Shown here one piece after another: positions 59,826 through 64,000 of a DNA stretch of 64,000 nt. Position 1 is the stretch's first letter; every line of letters starts with the position of its first letter. The notes beneath the pieces are model-generated. The model had not been told where the DNA came from and did no database searches. It saw only the letters and a program-made list of their open reading frames with translations. The stretch spans positions 3,456,001 to 3,520,000 of the forward strand of contig CAXXLZ010000002.1 of assembly GCA_963675595.2 (NCBI GenBank). Direction: 5' to 3'. The stretch comes from Thermodesulfobacteriota bacterium (GTDB taxonomy: Bacteria > Desulfobacterota > Desulfarculia > JACQYL01). The position numbers and the translations under genes are program-made.

Positions 59826-60779
59826 TCACAGTTTTTCCAGGGCTTCCAAAGCCGCCTCGCGAATTTCAGCGTTTGTCTCTCCTTGCAGAATTCCCCGGAT
59901 TCGAGGGGCGAGGTCTTGGGCGTGAAGTTCTCCGAGAAGATAGAGGATGTCGCCTTTAACCGTTTCCGACGCATTTTCATAGCGGTCCCATAAAGGTTCG
60001 GCGACTTCGCTCGCAAGCGCCGGATTCTTTTCCACCAGTTCCTCAAGAACCGACATGGCGCCGAGTCGTACCGTGAAGGTCTCGTGGACCAGCACTTCCG
60101 GAAAAGCCTGAAGAATCCGATTCCTCTCCAACATGCCCGAGGATAGGGAGGCCGCGTCTCCACGAACGATCATATCTTCCAGCGAAGAGGCGGGTAGATG
60201 GGACCAGTCCCGCGTGACGATCATTTCCACCAGTTGGTCCGGTTCCACGGCTCCCGTCCATCGCATGGACGAGTTCATCAACAAAGTGGGCACGGACCGA
60301 ATGTTCGAAGATTCCGCCGCTTCGGGAAAAAGCGATGCATCGGTGATGGTTAGTCGTAGGAATTCGCACCCGTGCACCAAGGGAAGAATGCCCCGGACCA
60401 TGGTCGGGCAGTAGCGGCACCCCGGCGCGATGAACAGGCTCAGTTCAACAGGCAGGGCAATGGAATCGAGTTTGTCCTTGAGGCGTGCGGGCGGCTTGGG
60501 CGCGGTATCCGGCAACAACGAGTCGAGAAAGATTTCGAGTCCCGGCCCCACGGGCACGGCGTGGTACCGTATCCGTGAACCGACTTCCAGGAACGGCAGG
60601 GCGGAATGCGGATCGGTTTCCGTTCGGATCCGCACTCTTTCGGCCAATTCACCGAGTCGGCGGGCAAAGGAGAGCAGTTGATCACTCCTGCCATCCTCGG
60701 TGATCCCGACCGCCAAGGGGATCGTAGTCGAGGAGGCCTCCCCGAATTTTCGAATTCGCTCTTCGTCGGACGGCGCCAT
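59826..60779 (-). CDS. Thioredoxin-fold (AhpF-NTD/PDO-like) protein with C-terminal HEAT-like helices
   Basis: FIAPGCRYCP and IRSVPTL; C-terminal VRLGAM...IREAALEAL repeats. Confidence 0.75.
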   Translation of the reverse strand: MAPSDEERIRKFGEASSTTIPLAVGITEDGRSDQLLSFARRLGELAERVRIRTETDPHSALPFLEVGSRIRYHAVPVGPGLEIFLDSLLPDTAPKPPARLKDKLDSIALPVELSLFIAPGCRYCPTMVRGILPLVHGCEFLRLTITDASLFPEAAESSNIRSVPTLLMNSSMRWTGAVEPDQLVEMIVTRDWSHLPASSLEDMIVRGDAASLSSGMLERNRILQAFPEVLVHETFTVRLGAMSVLEELVEKNPALASEVAEPLWDRYENASETVKGDILYLLGELHAQDLAPRIRGILQGETNAEIREAALEALEKL

Positions 60780-61020
60780 ACGGTTTGATTCCACTGGTCA
60801 ATGGTTCGAGGCAGGGCGTCTCGTCCGGCATCACGGATGGAGACAATTCCGGATAATGCAGAAGCGGGTAGTGTAATTCAAGGGAAATTCTTCTTGAACC
60901 GGAAAGGACGGGAGAATTGCCTGCGAATCCTGGGCCGACCGACTGTTTCCCCGGTCCTTCAGGCGGTTCCGGAGTCCACCCCAAGGACCGACGGGGAAGC
61001 TGTTCGGAAAGCAATACAAC

Positions 61021-62238
61021 TCAGGTGAGAAATATTTTGCCCGTGTTCTTGAGGGTATGATCGTCGCGCATGTATCCGGCGCGACTTCCGTTGCGTTTGA
61101 TGGCTTCGAAGCCTTCGGCATCGAATGGATCCACTTCGACGGGAGCCGCTTGATCCGGGCTCGTTTCCCTGCACAGTTCGATGTGGCGCTCAAGCTTGGC
61201 AATGGAAAAGGAAATGAGTTCCTTCAGGAACCCGAAAGCATGGCGCATCTGATGAAAACCGTACTTCTTGAGCAAAGCAAAGCCCGCCACGCCGTCCGCT
61301 TCCGCTTTGGGACCGGGATGTTCTTCGCTGGTGGTGCAGGCTGTCTGGATCGAAGGAATGTCCAAGCGGGCATTCACCTTCTCCATCAGAAGGTTGGCCA
61401 CCTGGTGGGAGAAAAGGCCCAAGTCCACGGCGTAATTTTTCTGGATGTTGGCAATGGAGGGGAGGCCGGCGTGCACGACCGTAATCCCGGGACGAATGAG
61501 TTGGGCGAGAGTGATGCCGAACAGACCCTCGGCGTGGGTCAGAGTGAGAAGGCCCGACATGCTGTAGGGGGCCGATAATCCGGCCATGGGCATGGTGGAT
61601 ACATAAATGGGGATGCCGCTCGACACGCAGGTGAAGAAAGGATCCACCATGCTTTCGATCAGATTCAGCGGGCTGTTGATGATGGAAAATTGAACCGTAA
61701 GATTTCCACGGGAATTACAGATTTCCCGAGCCCGAGCGATTCCTTCGTCCGTCAACGCGGCCACGTAGATGGGCTTACTGCAGTGCTCGGTGATCACGTC
61801 CATCACTTTGACTTCCTGCTTCTTGATCAGCACCCCGCGAGCCATGAAGGCCGTCTCGTCCGATTCCTGGACTACCCTCGCTATGTGCTTAAGGTGATCC
61901 AACGTGGGTTCCACGAGGTCGCCGGTGTCATCGTCGTGCACAAAGGGCGCGGTGCCTCCCACGCCGAAGGAATTTTCGGGGATCCAGTACTGATCCCTTT
62001 TGGGCGCCGTACCCAGGGCCTGTTCAACGAGGGGAGACAAGATGTGGAGATGTTGGGTGGTCTCGTCGTAGGCGGCAAGGCCGGTCTCCTCGAACAAGGT
62101 GCGGACTTTGGGGGAAGTGCACTTCACGCCCACTTCCTCGAGGACCTGGAGAGCCTCGGCGTGAATTCTCTCGAGGTACGCCTCGTCCACCAGTTCGGGT
62201 GAACTTTCCATTTTTCGTGCGGTGTTGGGCGCGTTCAT
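61021..62238 (-). CDS. MttB-superfamily corrinoid methyltransferase (non-pyrrolysine, divergent)
   Basis: RIHAEALQVLEEVGV, LVEQALGTAP, NSPL and MAGLSAPYSMSG...HAEGL...QLIRPG; AAGGAG RBS. Confidence 0.8.
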   Translation of the reverse strand: MNAPNTARKMESSPELVDEAYLERIHAEALQVLEEVGVKCTSPKVRTLFEETGLAAYDETTQHLHILSPLVEQALGTAPKRDQYWIPENSFGVGGTAPFVHDDDTGDLVEPTLDHLKHIARVVQESDETAFMARGVLIKKQEVKVMDVITEHCSKPIYVAALTDEGIARAREICNSRGNLTVQFSIINSPLNLIESMVDPFFTCVSSGIPIYVSTMPMAGLSAPYSMSGLLTLTHAEGLFGITLAQLIRPGITVVHAGLPSIANIQKNYAVDLGLFSHQVANLLMEKVNARLDIPSIQTACTTSEEHPGPKAEADGVAGFALLKKYGFHQMRHAFGFLKELISFSIAKLERHIELCRETSPDQAAPVEVDPFDAEGFEAIKRNGSRAGYMRDDHTLKNTGKIFLT

Positions 62239-62289
62239 CGGTCTCTCCTTATGCTGCAAAGGGTTGCTTCCGGGTGGATTAAAGAAGAG

Positions 62290-63138
62290 TCACACAGTGA
62301 TTCGCATCCCGTCGTAAGCGAAGCGGATCCCCTCCATGGAGCTTTCCAGTGCCGTGTAATCCGTGTGGCTCCGATTCCAGTACTCTTCCAGGTGAACGAA
62401 CAGGACGTGCTTTGCTTCGATTCTTTTCGCCAGCCCTACGGTTTCTTCGAAAGTGTAAAGAGTGGTCCTGGAAATATGACTTTCCGGATAGACGAAACCG
62501 TGTTTCAAGCCTGTTTCGAAGATTCCCGGTTGAATGATCAGCAGGGAGGGGTTTCGGACTTCCTCCCTTTCCTCCGGAAACGGCCGGATGTCACAGGGGG
62601 CGTAAACGACCTTCCGGCCCTGTTTCATGAAAACATAGACGAATGAGGTTTGGTCTCCCCGGTCAACGGGCAAGGCGATCACGTCGGTATTGCCGATTCG
62701 GGTCCGTTGTCGGAACACGCGGATTTCCACGAAGCCTTGGCCCTCGTAGAAGTCCATCAGGGGACCGTAAACCGATCGGATTTCGCGAATCCTCCGGTAG
62801 AGGACTTCCGGAATCACCAATTGAATCCTGAGCTCCGGATAGGCCCGCCAGGTACGGAAATCCAAAGCCACCTGTTCCACCACACGCAGTCCTTCCACAT
62901 GGTCGGGGTCCAAGTGAGTCAGGATCAGGTGATCCAATCGCTCTATTCCGTTTCGGTTCAACTGATCGGCCACTTCGGCCGGAGTGTCGATGAGCAGGTT
63001 TTCGTCGTGAAGAAAGCCGGCGGGTCCGGTTCGCTCGAAGGGGATCCCCTTTTCCCTGGCTTCATTGCACACCGGGCAACGGCACAGGGGGCGGGGGATG
63101 CGGGTGCATCCCCCGGATCCTAGAATCGTCCATTGCAT
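62290..63138 (-). CDS. Metallo-beta-lactamase-fold hydrolase (PhnP-like)
   Basis: ILGSGG, CRCPVC, LLIDTP, THLDPDH, FVHLEE and AYDGM. Confidence 0.85.
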   Translation of the reverse strand: MQWTILGSGGCTRIPRPLCRCPVCNEAREKGIPFERTGPAGFLHDENLLIDTPAEVADQLNRNGIERLDHLILTHLDPDHVEGLRVVEQVALDFRTWRAYPELRIQLVIPEVLYRRIREIRSVYGPLMDFYEGQGFVEIRVFRQRTRIGNTDVIALPVDRGDQTSFVYVFMKQGRKVVYAPCDIRPFPEEREEVRNPSLLIIQPGIFETGLKHGFVYPESHISRTTLYTFEETVGLAKRIEAKHVLFVHLEEYWNRSHTDYTALESSMEGIRFAYDGMRITV

Positions 63139-63159
63139 CTTACGGCGAGAAATCCGCGG

Positions 63160-64000
63160 TTACGCGGCTTTGGTTTCTTTCTCGTCTTTGGAGTCCTTTT
63201 CTTCCCTTTGATGCTTACGGTCTCCGTCCACGGTCCCCCTGACTCGTTCACGCTCTTCGGCGAAATCGAATCCGGTCCAGATGCCGATGGAACCCAAGAT
63301 GGAATCCTGCGGATGGAACTCGCGGAAGATCTTGAAATAATAAGCCGCTTCCTTGCTGTTGATCACGGCGGAGGGATTCTCTTCTTTGATTTGTTGGTAC
63401 TCGTCCTCGGTCATGTTCTTTTCGGCAAGAAGCTCTCCCAAGTTCTCGCAGCCGGCTCCCTGCGTGTATTGGACTTTGTAGCGCCAGAGAATGTCTTCCG
63501 GGAGATAATCCGTATCTTCAAAGGCCTTGCGGAGAATCCATTTTTCGATTTTGGCTCCGTTGCGTTCGTTGATCTTCAGTTCCGGGGGAATCTTCATGGA
63601 AAGATCCACCAGTTCCGTATCCAAGAAGGGAACGCGCAGTTCGAGGCTGAAGTACATTCCCATGCGGTCGGCGCGCTGCAGGTTGATGTTGTGCAGGTTG
63701 CCGATGCACCGACGGGCTTCCAGGTTCAGCTTGTCCACGGGGAAGTGCTTCATGTAGTGGTAGCCGGTAAACAGCTCGTCGGCTCCTTCGCCGGTGAGTA
63801 CCACGGTGACGTAGTCCGCGGCGAGTTTGCAGGTGAAATAGCAGGGCACCGCACAGCGTACCAGCGAGGGATCGTAACTTTCGAGCTTGCGGATGACCTC
63901 GGGCAGCGCTTCGTTATATTCGTCCACCGTGAAGAGCAGTTCGTGGTGCGTGGACCCGATGTGCTCCGCCGCAATCCTGGAGGCCTTGATATCGTCGCTC
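63160..64000 (-). CDS. Asparagine synthetase B-like amidotransferase (5' end beyond the window)
   Basis: IAAEHIGSTHHE, VLTGEGADELFTGY, RADRM..SLELRVPFLD and EKWILRKAF. Confidence 0.88.
   Translation of the reverse strand, partial: SDDIKASRIAAEHIGSTHHELLFTVDEYNEALPEVIRKLESYDPSLVRCAVPCYFTCKLAADYVTVVLTGEGADELFTGYHYMKHFPVDKLNLEARRCIGNLHNINLQRADRMGMYFSLELRVPFLDTELVDLSMKIPPELKINERNGAKIEKWILRKAFEDTDYLPEDILWRYKVQYTQGAGCENLGELLAEKNMTEDEYQQIKEENPSAVINSKEAAYYFKIFREFHPQDSILGSIGIWTGFDFAEERERVRGTVDGDRKHQREEKDSKDEKETKAA

Noticed and set aside
61021-62238. Pyrrolysine recoding in the MttB homologue
   Set aside because: The frame has no internal TAG and ends in TGA.

Overview
Mostly core-genome DNA from a GC-rich anaerobic bacterium. 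Gene content suggests a Desulfobacterota/deltaproteobacterium, possibly Syntrophobacteria-like (inference). In order: nadB-nadC-nadA (nadA cut by the window edge); XRE-cupin regulator; Nudix hydrolase; PurN-like formyltransferase; two histidine kinases plus a response regulator; HU; xseA-M23-xseB-ispA-dxs-tlyA-aspC; peptide ABC components plus NamZ; MucR; a FliL-like gene; an ECF sigma/anti-sigma/CpxP-like triad; class III RNR (nrdD-redoxin-nrdG) with tandem NrdR boxes; rhodanese/MauE; a divergent four-gene glycosyltransferase cluster with coiled-coil proteins; Usp; a redoxin-CxxCH-FMN-binding fusion; a HesB-like selenoprotein with an in-frame UGA that the ORF track truncated; phoH-7TM/HD-ybeY; a stand-alone IMP cyclohydrolase, purD, purE, tsaC and menaquinone genes; and an AsnB-like/MBL/MttB-like cluster (AsnB-like gene cut by the edge). 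I saw no tRNA, rRNA, CRISPR array, transposase or integrase. Best candidates for undescribed biology: the redoxin-heme-flavin fusion, the Cys-cluster histidine kinase system, the AsnB-MBL-MttB cluster and the twin coiled-coil glycosyltransferases. All calls come from motif recognition by eye; no database searches were run.
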